From the NCBI RefSeq assembly GCF_036321535.1, contig NC_087437.1, forward strand, positions 10,542,001 to 10,606,000: DNA of 64,000 nt, read 5' to 3'. Under the pieces are notes generated by a model that worked only from the letters and a program-made list of their open reading frames with translations, was not told the DNA's origin and did no database searches. Source of the stretch: Camelus dromedarius (lineage: Eukaryota). Shown here piece after piece: positions 40,120-51,836 of the stretch (its first letter is position 1; each line of letters opens with the position of its first letter). Position numbers and translations under genes: made by a program.

Positions 40120-40345
40120 CTCAATTTATTGAGTACTTTCTTTGTGCCACAGATATTTTGGCTATAGTTTTAATTTAGTCTTCAGAATGATCCTGGAAGC
40201 TTGGGAGAAATATCTAAATTTTGCAGATGAAACTCAGGTTTTGGGATTTGATCACTTGCTTTCAGAGCTTTCTAACTTGCAAGGTAGAAACAGCAGAGAC
40301 TTGAACCCATCTTTTATTTCAAAGCCCAGCCCTTTACTCTATGCT
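40120..40345 (-). mobile_element. MIR
   Basis: 'atttattgagtactttctttgtgcca...attttgcagatgaaactcagg...gacttgaaccca'. Confidence 0.7.
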
Positions 40346-41519
40346 GTATTTAATTTCTACTGTGATATACAAATGACTACACTGCAATGAATAAAATTTT
40401 AAAAAATAGTGTTACTGTTGGAGCCTCTGAGAAATTTTTTATTACACCGCATCTTAAAAGCTTTCATCCAGATCCTTCTGTCATCCAGATGTAGTTGGCA
40501 GTGGATGAATGTTCATTTTGTAATGAATTAAGTTTTTGTCATTAGAGTAATAATTATACTTACCCTCCAATGTAACTATGTATGTTTCTGTCCTATTGTG
40601 AACAATTTTCCTTGCTGTTCTACCAGATTATTTTTTATATAAGCAAAAATGCGCACATATAAAATTCTCATGTTGATAGCGGATACATTTATAGGGCTTT
40701 TTTATACAAGAGAGTACCCCACCAAGTTTGAGTTCACTGTATCTAAGTTGTAAATAAAATTTGCTCTGTATACTTAACAGTAATACTGTATTTGTTTATC
40801 CCAAGGTTTGTATTGTACAGTGTGAAATTTAGAGTTTTATCCTCTTTCAGGATAAAAATTCTATTTTCATTTGCCAGCAAAAATGATTTAAAAATTAAAG
40901 TGAAGTTAAAAAGTAGAGTCAGTTTATTGTCAAAGTAGTGAATATGAAATTAAATAGGTTCAGCTCGTTATTCTAAACACATAATCATTTATAGAAGTCT
41001 TGATTTAAAAAACACAACAGTGGATTAATTTGGTAATGAACTAGGTTAATTTGTAGGGAAAAGGCTCAGGTCAGGGTGAGATTCGGAGCTGTAACGTAGT
41101 GGCATTAGTATATCAGAATAGGAGAGGTTGGAGAGGGCTGAAGTTCATGTTTTATCAGATTGAGTGGTAGCCAAGTGATTCCAGAGGTGGGCCTCAGACT
41201 ATCAAGACAGCTGAAAAAGGCTGATTTTTGTTGTTAAAACTCTTATCTGAGGAGAAGTTAATAAACGCCACCCCTGTACCCACCCCTGTGCAGATTAATA
41301 GGTGACAATCCAAAGTGCCCCCAAGGCAACCAACACACATTTTTTTTTCTTTCTAGAAAAGTTGAAACTTAAGTTATTTTGTAGATGAAACTCAGGCTTT
41401 GAAAAATGGTCGCTTGCCCTCAAAATTTGTAACTGGCAAGGGGAAGACTCCATCTGTATTGTATGGGCCTAAAGAAAATGCCAAATCATGCAAATTTGCA
41501 AGATTTGGAAAAATAAGAT

Positions 41520-41691
41520 CAGTGGTTCTCAAAGTGTGGTCTCCAGACCAGCGGCATTAAATGCCACCTGGGAACCTGTTAGAAGTACAAATTATCAGGC
41601 CCTAACCCACACCCACTGAAACAGAAACTCTAGGTGTGGGGCCAGCTTTAACAAACCCACTCATTTCTGATGGATGCCAAGAGAATCACTG
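41520..41691. mobile_element. MER5A hAT-Charlie MITE
   Basis: TIRs cagtggttctc...gagaatcactg and internal 'cacctgggaacctgttagaagtacaaattatcaggccc'. Confidence 0.9.
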
Positions 41692-42095
41692 CCTTAGGTG
41701 AATTTGAAACCTTAAGAGCATAGATAAGAGGGTCTCTGTACAACATAGGGCCTTTCTTAGAGCAGTGTTAGGGATAAACCCATTTTGTGCCTGGTTGATT
41801 ATAATTCAGGTACAGTCTGACTTAATAACACTCTACTCCAATTCCAGCTCTATATGGGGAAAATTTTTAAAAATCAATCCAAATAGTAGATTTGATCAAA
41901 ATTTGGTTTGTCTGATTTACTGTTTTTCAAAATAGCCATCAGCCGTGATATTTCTATTTTAGACAGTGTTGCTGGGTATATAATTGCTGACTTATAATTT
42001 GGGTAAGAACTATATAGTATTTGTGTATTATGAAACATAAATTAAGTATAAAAGCAAACTTTTGTTTAGATTAAAGAGAAGTTACAATATTTAAT

Positions 42096-42122
42096 CTTGG
42101 AAGGCAGCTATACCACCAACGC
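42096..42122 (-). pseudogene. Tailless retropseudogene of the tRNA-Gly(TCC) 5' half
   Basis: Minus strand reads GCGTTGGTGGTATAG-CTGCCTTCCAAG, i.e. the tRNA-Gly(TCC) 5' end (GCGTTGGTGGTATAGTGGTGAGCATAGCTGCCTTCCAAG) lacking 12 nt. Flanked by a perfect 16-bp direct repeat TACAATATTTAATCTT (42083-42098, 42123-42138). No poly(A). Confidence 0.88.
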
Positions 42123-42269
42123 TACAATATTTAATCTTAATGAAGTTATGTGATTAAAAAAATCATCTCTTATTGGCCTTATTTGTGCTAAAAAAATTTG
42201 GACAGTTTATCAAGAGATTTTGCTAAAATAGTATTCGGTGATTTTATTCTTTCCCAATGCTTCAGTAAA

Positions 42270-42955
42270 GAATCTTTGTTTGAACTGACTGGATATGTGA
42301 TGATATTAAGAAATTATTATTTGTATATAAGAGATAGGATGATACTTTGGGGATATTTTTTAGGGGGAGTATTTGTCTTTTAAAGATAAGGCATAATTTT
42401 ATCTGTAAATATTTCAGTATATATCTTTAAAGTAATTGGAGTAGGGGTAATGAGAATTAGTACATGGGGGTGGAATAGAGACATGCATGGTCAGTCGTGA
42501 AGTGATCATCGTTAAAGCTGAGTGAGGGGTATTATGGTCTGAATGTTTTTTGCCCCCATTCCCTCCCTCCCCCCAACCCAGTTCATATGTTGAAGTCCTA
42601 ATGCCTGACGTGAGGAATTAAGAAGTGGTGCCTTTGGGAGGTGCCTAAGTCTTGAGGGTGGAGCCCTCAGGAATGGAATTAATGATCTTAAAAGAGACCC
42701 CCCCCCCCCCCCGAGCTCCCTGGGCCTGTTCACCCTGTGGGGATGCAGTGGCCACTCTGTGAGGTGCTGGGTGGGAACCAGAAAGAGGGCTTTCAGCAGA
42801 ATGCCACCATCCTGGTGCCTTGATCTTGGCCTTCCCAGCATCTGGAACTGTGAAAAATTAATTTGTTGTTTATAAGCTGTCCCATCTTCCCAGCTTGGTA
42901 TTTGTCATGGCAGCCTGAGGGGACTGAGATAGGGTGTATGAGGGCATACTCATCT
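42270..42955 (+). mobile_element. Old L1M 3' end remnant, split by a MaLR LTR
   Basis: 'gaactgactggatatgtgatgatattaagaaattatt' and 'gttaaagctgagtgagggg [LTR] gggtgtatgagggcatact' resemble L1MC/ME 3' UTR sequence. Confidence 0.55.
42530..42931 (+). mobile_element. MLT1A-like MaLR solo LTR
   Basis: 'tattatggtctgaatgttt...ttcatatgttgaagtccta...gcctttgggaggtg...ccttgatcttggccttcccagcatctggaactgtga...cagcctgaggggactgagata'. Confidence 0.9.
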
Positions 42956-43852
42956 CTCAAAGTGTGCAGTAATCTTTTGTGATGTGCAGTTGAAGAGGAA
43001 AGAACCCAGCAGTGACACTGGGTGCACACCCTCCTCACGCAGTGAAAGTTTATTACTTTGGCTGACGTGCTGGCACACATATCTTCTTACAGTGTTTAAA
43101 GAAAACTTTCCTGAGCAAAAAGCAGTTTGACATGTGGTCACTTCCAGATATAATTTTTCAGATGTGATTTATGAATAGAAATTAACAAATAAAAGCAAAT
43201 CAGGAGGAGAAACTGTTAAAAACCATCACTTGAAAATACCTCACTATGTTGCCATAAATGATAAAAAAGAGTCCATTTCCAAACCCTATGTTTAAAACGT
43301 CTTTTTGATAATTTTTATGATTCTCCCCTTATACTTTTAAATATACACATTAGCTGAGTACTGTGGTATTTTAAATGCTTCCTATTTAGTCTTAAAATGT
43401 CCAAGTATTTCTTAATATTTAGTTCAATTTAAGTTGTGAACGCTGTAAAGAAATGGCACATGCCAGTGACATTACAATTAAAGCTTTTCATTAGCAAATT
43501 GTGTTAAATTGTTTTATTTAAAATCTCTATTTTAAGAACAGTTCTGTAAAAGTAATTATCCTTAATATGATAAAATTTTTCTTTGAAATACAGTCATACT
43601 TTTGCATAAAGATGATTGATAGACTTTAATTTCTCTTGCGACGTGTGTGGGTACGTGTATATTCCAAACAGACTAGAGAGGACTCATTTGAAACATTTCT
43701 AAAGAAAAATTTGAGTTCATAAAAGGGTGACTATAAAAGACTTTTCAAGTCAATTAAACCACCTAATGAAAGGTGGTTTTAGAAAATATGCCTAAGAGTT
43801 ATTTGTGAGAACAAAATCCAAAGATGTGTTCACTGTGCTGAGCGGGCTGGAG

Positions 43853-43867
43853 CTACAAGGTGGCAGC
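43853..43867 (+). promoter_or_regulatory. Candidate CTCF motif
   Basis: CTACAAGGTGGCAGC is close to the CTCF core CCACNAGRTGGCAGC and lies in a locally CpG-retaining non-repeat patch. Confidence 0.35.
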
Positions 43868-43988
43868 TGCTGTGTCTGACTGGGTCCGCACAGCAAGCGA
43901 GGGAGCACTTTATGTAGATCGTGGGACGTTTCTTGAGGCCAGTAAGGCCACGTGGGGCCCAAGATTTGCTGTCTCTACCAGTCTAGGT

Positions 43989-44140
43989 CACTGTTCCTCA
44001 AACTTGAATGTAGGCAAGAATCATCTAGAGGGCTTGTTAAAAAAATGCCGGTTTTGTTTTTAGTAGGCCTGGGAGGGGCCTCAGACACTGCATTTCTATC
44101 ATTCCCGGATGATTCCAGTGTAGGTCTGATGCCCACTGTT
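43989..44140. mobile_element. MER5-like MITE
   Basis: 'cactgttcctcaaacttgaatgtaggcaagaatcatctagagggcttgttaaaa...gtaggcctgggaggggcc...ctgcatttcta'. Confidence 0.75.
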
Positions 44141-45329
44141 TTTAAAAAGGAAAGGGTGGGATTATCATAGTTGTGATTTAGAGTTGTAAATTTCAGATAA
44201 CATGCTTATAGGTAATATATTTCCACTGACTTTAAAGTAAATATTTTTTTAAAGTTATTTTCTTGAGCTTAGGAAAGGTTGTTTGCTTACAGCTGCTGCT
44301 GGCCTCTGCAATATCTTTTCCCGATAAGATGCAAATGCTCCTTGAGGTAGAAGTGTAGCTTGGCCAGCTCAGAGGCTGTCTGAGTTAGAAGAAGATGCCT
44401 GCCCTGGGTAGATGGGGCCCCATGCCTGCAGGCTTGGGCCTGGGCTCTCACGCAGCCCTCTCCTGGGCTGAGGGGCTTTGCGCCATACACAGGCCTGCAG
44501 ATACTCGGTGGTTCTGCCTTGTTTGACCTCTGGGGGCAAAGTCAGAGGACAGTGTGGAAAGACATTTAAAGGGATTGCTACATTATATAATAATAATTAA
44601 TATATACAACTGTGTGTTATGGGTAAGTGGTAACAAAATCAGCTGCTCAGAAAGTGTATAAGCAAAGCAAGGTTTGTCTTTCCACATGTTGTACTAGTAG
44701 GACTTTGGTATTTTAATATACTTGCTTTTAAAAATGAATGTTGTTGCTGTACACTCAGTAGGTTAGCCAAGCGCAGGGCATATGTATGTATGCAAGCAAC
44801 ATGCCGCTGACCGTGGTGACTTCAGCAGTAGCCACATCCAAAGATTAGTAGTCTAGGGAAGTGGTATCTGTGGTATCAAGCGGAATGAGAAAAACGAGGC
44901 AATGTAGCGAGGCTTCCATATTTATAAATTTATCTGAGGGCTTGTTCATTATTATTTTTCGTGTTAAAGTATCTCCTTTGTGAAACAGTATTGGTAGTCT
45001 GTTACACGTGTATTTGTGTGCGTGCTTATGTGCGGGCACACATGCACAGGCTACTTTCGTTCCTGGCTCTTTTTAAACAAAGGGAGAAATGACTTCTCTT
45101 CCTGGTCTTTAAGACAGGAGAGGAATATGAAGGTTGAGCCTGGTAAAATTTGGAAGTAGATAAAATGGTAGCATTCTTTTACTTCTCTTGTCTCTCTGAG
45201 ACCCTCTCACCTGTCTCCTGGGTGCCTCATAAACAGTTACCAACATCTCCCTTTGTTGTAATACTTCATGAAAGTCCATCTCCTCCTGGGAGCAGTCCAG
45301 GCCTTCAGAATAACGTTCCTGCCACCTGG

Positions 45330-45525
45330 AAGTAGCGTGGTGGTTAAGAGCTTGCACTAGACAGTTCCTGCCATTACATAACCTTGAAAAAGCTGTATGA
45401 CCTATTTGTGCCTCTTTTTATCCATATTTAAAATCAGGATAATAGTACGTCCCTCATGCAGTGGTTGTGATTATTAAACATTTGGCACAGGTCTAGCCCC
45501 ATAGTAAGCACTCTGCTGCTTTATT
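45330..45525 (+). mobile_element. MIR
   Basis: 'gtagcgtggtggttaagagc...ggataatagtacgtccctcatgcagtggttgtgattattaaa...catagtaagcactc'. Confidence 0.8.
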
Positions 45526-48500
45526 GTTCTCATCCTAATTTCAGTTGTTGCCTGGAAAGCAACAGATTAAACTAAATGAAAAATCAAATCCTTACCCTAG
45601 TTCTGTTTCAGTCCCTCGGTGTTTGATCAGCTTTCCAGGTAATTCTTATATTTAAGAGATTTTTACCCTGTGTTATATTTAATACATTATTCAAAAGATG
45701 CTGTCATACTGAACTTCATCTTGAACCGGTTTTAGCTGCTATAGGAAGGGGAAGAGATACTAAAGTGTTCATTTTGTCTAACGCTGAATCCACAATGCCT
45801 AACATAGTGCCTTCAATGTGTGGTCAAACCTCATAGTCTTGTGAGAACAGTCTTTTTAAAAAATTGAGAGCAAACATTGGTTCCAAGTATGTTGCAGGGA
45901 CTTTAATGGTGAAATCACTGAAGTATAAGAAAATCATCTGTAAGCATTCTTTCCATGGCTTGTTTTAAAAAAAGAGAAAGATTATATGAGCTATATTTAA
46001 ATTGTAATCTTATTCTCTGGTATAAAAAATTCTAATTCAACTTTAGAAGTCATATAATAACGTTTCTTTTGAACTAAGAAACAGGTTTTAGGCAGTGAGG
46101 ATGCTCATAAGTATAATCTATAAAGTAGAAACATGTTTATCTTGAATAATTGATTAGGGCACTGAGTAAAAATGCTTAGAAACTAATAGTTTCACAGTAA
46201 TTGTGCAGTGATCTTATTTCTGAGTGAAGCATTTTCAACTACATGTTCTTAGAAAAAATTTAAATGTTCTTGGTAAAACATTAATCACAGCATACAGATA
46301 GTATAAAGCAATTCTTACTGAGTCATCATAACTCAGTGTCTGGTTGAACTAGAAAAAAAACGCTAGTTTTTAGCATATGCTCTTTCCTGAGGTGATTTGT
46401 GTACTGTGTACGTGGTCAACTAATTTTATAAGGATAGATAATTTGACATAGGTTTATTGTTGAGAAATCTTGATTTTCAGTTGGTGTGATGTTATCTTCT
46501 ACCTTCCTGAATTATGATCTTAGATTATTCTACCAGAAATGATAAGATAATCTAGAAATGAATTCTCTGATTTCCATTGCTCTTTATCATCTGTGTATTA
46601 AGTTTAGGCGATTTCTTGTATCCTTTTATTTCATCATTATTTGCTCTGAAGATACTCTGTTCAAATATGTTACGACTATAACTATATATATGACTATAAC
46701 AATTATTGTCTCCATCTAAAAATTTACTCTGTAAAGCCAGTCACTTTACTGAATACAGAAACTGCATTGTTTCTGTCTGCCTGAGACTGGGTCTAAAACC
46801 ACTTATCCCAACTTCCTCCCCTTTATTTACTCTTTTCCATTCAAATATATGTAAATATCTGTAGTTAAAAAAATCATAAACCTATTTATATGTCATGTCC
46901 ATCTCTCTGCTGTTATTACTGTCATTTTCCCTTTCTCTAGCCCTTTTCAGATTCATCCACTGTGGAGTGGCTTCTACAGATCAGCCGACTCTTCTCCCAA
47001 AGGCAGTCAGAAACCTCCTCCTTGCTAAATTCCGGTGTCCACTTTGCTCACGGAAATCATCTCCTCCCTTGGTTTCTGCAGTTCTTTACTTACCCTTGAT
47101 ACTTCTCTCTTGGTTCCTTTGCTGGTTTCTTTCCATGCCTCAAAGTATTTTCTAAAGCTGAGGCCTTAATCCTCTGCTTCTGTTTATTTTAGAATTGCAG
47201 ATTCCCCTAGAGAGGTCTGTAAGTGATGAGAAGGGATGGATGGGCCAAGTAGGGACACAAGTAATAAGAAAGCAGACCCCTGTCCAAAGGGAACACCTTT
47301 GTTTTGCTTACTCTCATGTAGGAAAAAAAAAAAAAAAAAAGGTTTACTGTAATCAGATCTCCTAATTAAGAGAAGAATTTATATGAAATACTCCAGATTT
47401 TGAATGTTGGCAGTCAGTTGAAGTTTGGGGATGCTTGAGAGTGGGCTGACATAGTACTATGACTGGAATGGGATTTATGTAGCTTGTACACTACACAGCC
47501 TTTGAGTGTATAGTCTACATTAATTATGCACCATTTGTAATGCTGTAAGGAGTGGTCCTAGAGAGGTTGCCTTACAGCTGTATTTTCACAGCAAGTGCAT
47601 ATTTTGTAATTTGAATATACGTATATTGTTTGGGGGTGACACAGAGGAAAAGGTGATAGAGATCATAGGAGTAAATGCCCCCCAAGCCACTCTTCCTGCC
47701 ACAATTATTGGAAGCTGATTCCTTTTTTTTAAAACCACAATCCAATCAAACATGACTATGGGCCTCTAGTTTGTGATGTCTGCTCTGAATCTTAGACAGC
47801 TCATATATATTCCCATAGCTACAAACATTTCTAAATAGAAGATAGAGAACTAAATTCTGATACCCTTTCCAGAAAGTTTTAGCTGGTTACTTGAAAGTCA
47901 CAATTCTTTGGCCATCGGTTGGCTGAACTTTAAATTGGAGGCAAGTACTTCTCTACCTCAGAGCCATAGGGCCAACTCAGCTCAAGGCCTTTCTAGGTCT
48001 AAAATTTATGATTCTCAATCTCTGTTTCATCTGACCTCTCACACTAGTTCTCCTGTGATGTTTCTCACAACTTTTGGAACATTTCGCTACTTTAGTGTTT
48101 GTTTTCTTAACCACCTTAAAATTAGCATGTCTTAAATTGAACTCATTTTCCCTCCCTGTCTAGTTCCTTTCTCAGTTTCTTTGTCTTTAATCATTTTCCT
48201 GACAATTAAGACTTGTGAGCAGTTGCTGGTTCATGTCCATCCATACTCCTGGCCTCTGGCCCAGGACTTCCTGAGGCCTGCCGGCCAGAGTTTGCCCTGT
48301 AGCTTATCTCTATGATGCTAGTCTGTATCCATGATGCCCCTTCCAGCCATTCCCAATCTACTCTAGACACAACTCTGACTGGTCTGCTTCTCTTTTCAAA
48401 ACCCCAGTGGGTTGATTAGGTAGGAACCTACTAAATATGTTTCTCTTTAAGATTTTCAAAGACCCTATCATCTTGCCATTATCCTAGCCAACTGTATTTC

Positions 48501-48852
48501 CCACTATGAGGTGGTTATTACCCCAATTTAAGGAAATGCTTCAATTACGAGTTATGCCTCCTGAGTTTATTTCTTGCTGTTTCTCCACTGCTGAAATTAT
48601 TCTGCTAGTAACCCCCCAACACATCCTTAATAGCCTAATTTCATGCTTTCCAGCAATCTTCTCCAGTGACCCTCGCTCATACTGACTTCTTTCTTTGAAT
48701 TTCTATTGCACCTGTTGAGTGCTGCATGGCTTATCACTTAAAATCTTAGATACTTTTACAACTGGAAAGAATTTTTGAGATCATCTAGTCATCTGTGCAT
48801 TTTATAAATGATAGAAAATTTGCAATTTGCCCTTAATCATATTAGTTAATAG

Positions 48853-49367
48853 TGTTGTAGGGAAGAACAAATCTGACTCCATGTTAGATCTGGTCCTTTA
48901 GCTCTAACCTTATGCTCTGTTACCTGCGCTGAGTCATCCTGGTTCTGCACCTTTTGTAAAAGAATGTTGCCTAGAGACTGAAGTATATGGGACAGTCCAT
49001 TCTCAAGGCTCTGACCTTTAAGGGTATAACATTTTCCCATTCATATAAAGATGAAAAGTTGCAGAATAGAAAATAATATTTGTCTTGTTGGAGGTTTACA
49101 GGGACACCATGATGTGACCTACCTGGACAGCTGCAAGAACAAAGGATTCTGACACCAAGAGGGTTGCAACAACCAACCACATCCTTTCCCCTTCTTAGTG
49201 AAAAAGGAGCCTGAATTCTGACTTGGAAAAGATGGTTCTCCAGGACATTAGTCTGCCATCTTCTCGGTCTGCTGACCTCCAAATAAAGTCATTATTCCTT
49301 GTCCCAACACCTCATCCCTCAATCTATTGGCCTGTTGGTGAGCAGAATGAGTTTGGACTTGGTAACA
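48853..49367 (+). mobile_element. Solo LTR, ERV1 class (MER41/MER4-group-like), inserted into a MIR
   Basis: TGTT...TAACA termini with 4-bp TSD ATAG/GTAG. 'cctgaattctgacttggaaaagatggttctccaggacattagtctgccatcttctcggtctgctg...aataaagtc' is typical of this group. MIR-like sequence continues on both sides. Confidence 0.88.
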
Positions 49368-49410
49368 GTAGCAGAGCCCAAGCTAGATTTCTCACCTAAC
49401 TTCTTATATG

Positions 49411-49530
49411 ATTTGGCCAAGGCAATGTGAAAGCAGCCAGAGATAATATTTGAAACTAATGAATGTGGTTGTATTTCAGTAAAACTTTACCAAAACTATG
49501 GTTTATGGGCCATAACTTGCTAATCTGTTT
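49411..49530. mobile_element. MER58A-like fragment
   Basis: 'gtgaaagcagccagagataat...aatgaatgtggttgtatttcagtaaaacttta'. Confidence 0.65.
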
Positions 49531-49919
49531 TAGAGTATTATTAATACCTGTTGTAGGAAATATTTCTCCTTTTATGTTGGTTTTAGAACCAACACATTAA
49601 ACACATACACTTTTAGAACTTTTTAAACTTTTATTTAGAATCATTATCAGATAAAGAAGGAAGTGCAATTTATTTTTTCAATCAGGTACAAATTTTCATG
49701 TTTAATTCAACTTCAGAAATCGTACAATAATATTTCTTTTCAGTTGAGAAACATTGCCCTTAGGTAATAAGGAAGCTTTTCTAAGGAAGTATTATCTATA
49801 TAGCAGATACACGTTCTGCATGAATGTGGGGTGATGCCTTTCCAGTGACTAGTGTAGCATTTTAAATCTGCAGGATTATTGTTTTTCTTATACTCAGGAT
49901 ACTTGGAACAAAACAAAGG

Positions 49920-50310
49920 TAAAGATACTGAACCAGGGTCACAACAGCTTATTAGGAGTAGAACTGAGTAGCTTAGTCTGGTAATGTCTATTGAGGTACA
50001 ACAGTTAGATTCTGACCACTGTTGGCCGTTAAGATCCCATGGCTCTCTTCATAGGAATTAGACTGTTAACCTGTTATCCTTACCACATTCTGACCAATAT
50101 AGTAGTCATGTTTTTAGTCTTGCCCAAACTCCCTCTGTAGAATGTAGTTGTCTGAGTTGGATTCTAGCCAGGGCACTGGGTTTATTAGCACCCCTACTCT
50201 AATGAGTCTCCTTGACTATTGAGTCATTTTGTTTCTCCTGTTAACAGTTAACTACAATCCTCCATGGAAGAATTGGCAGTTTATGTTCAGTGTAGTGTAT
50301 ATTTGATTTC
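49920..50310 (+). mobile_element. AmnSINE1 (DeuSINE superfamily) copy
   Basis: 'tactgaacca' (49926), 'tctgaccactgttggccgttaagatcccatggctctcttcataggaattagactgttaacc' (50011-50071) and 'cccaaactccctctgtag' are colinear with the recalled AmnSINE1 consensus (cctgaccacttgtggtcattaaagatcccatggcacttttcgtaagagtaggggtgttaacc). Confidence 0.75.
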
Positions 50311-50481
50311 ACTGTTTACTTTTTATAAGAATAGAACAGACCTTGGGTGTGTGGTAAACATGATGACATAGCAAAAGGGGCAAATATTTTCAAATAAAGA
50401 TAACTGGAATCAGCTTTAAAAACATGGAGACCTTTTTTTAATTTTTAAGTCGAAAGCACTCTTTATGCCACATTATTAAAT

Positions 50482-51836
50482 CATCAATTCTCAAGCTTTT
50501 TTGTCTCAGGACTTTACATGCTGAAAAAATTATTGGCTTATATATCAATATTTACTGTGTTAAGAGTTAAAACAAATTTAAAATACAATTTACTTGCTCA
50601 TTTGTTTAAATAGCAGCAGTAAACCCATCCCACGTTAACAGAAATTTTATGAAAAATATATGTTAAGTTTAAGTATATTCTGAAAAATCCTTGAAGAGTA
50701 GCATTTACATTTTTGTGAATCTCTTTAATGTCTGATTTACTAGACCACAGCTAAACTCTGCTTTTGTAGTCTCTTGAGATATGTTGTTTTACTTGAGTTA
50801 TATGAAGAAAATTCTCACACATTTATACAGTTGGAAAAAGGAAGAATATTTTAACAGCTTTTTCAGATAATGTGGATATTTTTCTTTGATAATAAACTAG
50901 CAGTTGACAGATGGTAATTTTTGTAGGTTAATTGCAATATGGAAGCTGAAACCACATCAGTGGACTTTTCCTACTGTGTTACATTAAAATACACCGGTCG
51001 GTCTTACACTTTGTATGCATGCACTTATTCACTTATTTGTTAGGTGTCTGTATGTATGCATGCGTGTGCACACTCGTGTTTAACTTAGATTTTTTTCTTA
51101 TATTTTCGATGAATCCTTTACCCATGCGTGATTTTGTAACATCATGAGCTATGCAAACCTTCCAAATATTGTTACATTTCATTTTGCAATATAAAAAAAT
51201 CAATTCTCTAATCAATGATCACATCAGAAAAATCTTTTAAGTATTGGTAGCAGATATGTTTTCCAAAACTCTGATTCTTTTGCTCAAAAGGTCAGATTGT
51301 ATCATTGGCAACAAATACTTTAAGTTCTCTATATGACAGTCTCATTCAGTTATTATTTTTAGAAAATACCCACTATATACCCAGGTCTGAGTAAGCATAA
51401 TTTATCTGTCATCCGTTCAAGGAAAAATGGTGTTCCATGAAAAAAGCAGCTAATAGGTTGTAACTCTTGACAGATGCACAAGTGCTTTGCTTCAGCACAT
51501 GCATCCTATTTAGGTATGCAGTAGAAATGCTTTATGCATGCCCAAGGGTCAATATTGAATACTTCTAATAATTTTTATTGCTTTATCAAGAATAAGTGAA
51601 GCAGTTTGTTTTTCTTTTTTAACGGTGGGTAGAACTGTTTGGTGCCATTACCTTGATTTTGAGATAAGGCACCAGCAGTTTACCTACTGTTGAGTTTGCA
51701 TCGTCATTACAAACGTCAACACAGGGAAAAAGGCACATGAGATCTTGCTATTATGAGAATGTCTTGACTTCATTGACCCTCTAAAAGGGTCTCTGGGGTA
51801 TTCAAAAGTTTGTGCCCCACACGTTGAGAACTACAT
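50482..51836 (-). mobile_element. Charlie1a-like hAT DNA transposon, near complete, with decayed transposase remnant
   Basis: Termini '..aattctcaagcttttttgtctcaggac' and 'ccacacgttgagaac..'. Internal 'ggtgttccatgaaaaaagcagcta', 'atgcagtagaaatgctttatgc' and 'tttcagataatgtggatatt' match Charlie1 transposase DNA. Confidence 0.9.

Noticed and set aside
49898..49918. 21-nt microexon candidate
   Set aside because: Moderate donor only, and it overlaps the probable AmnSINE1 head.
50482..51836. Domesticated hAT transposase gene
   Set aside because: No long ORF; many indels and stops, as expected for a neutral Charlie1a relic.
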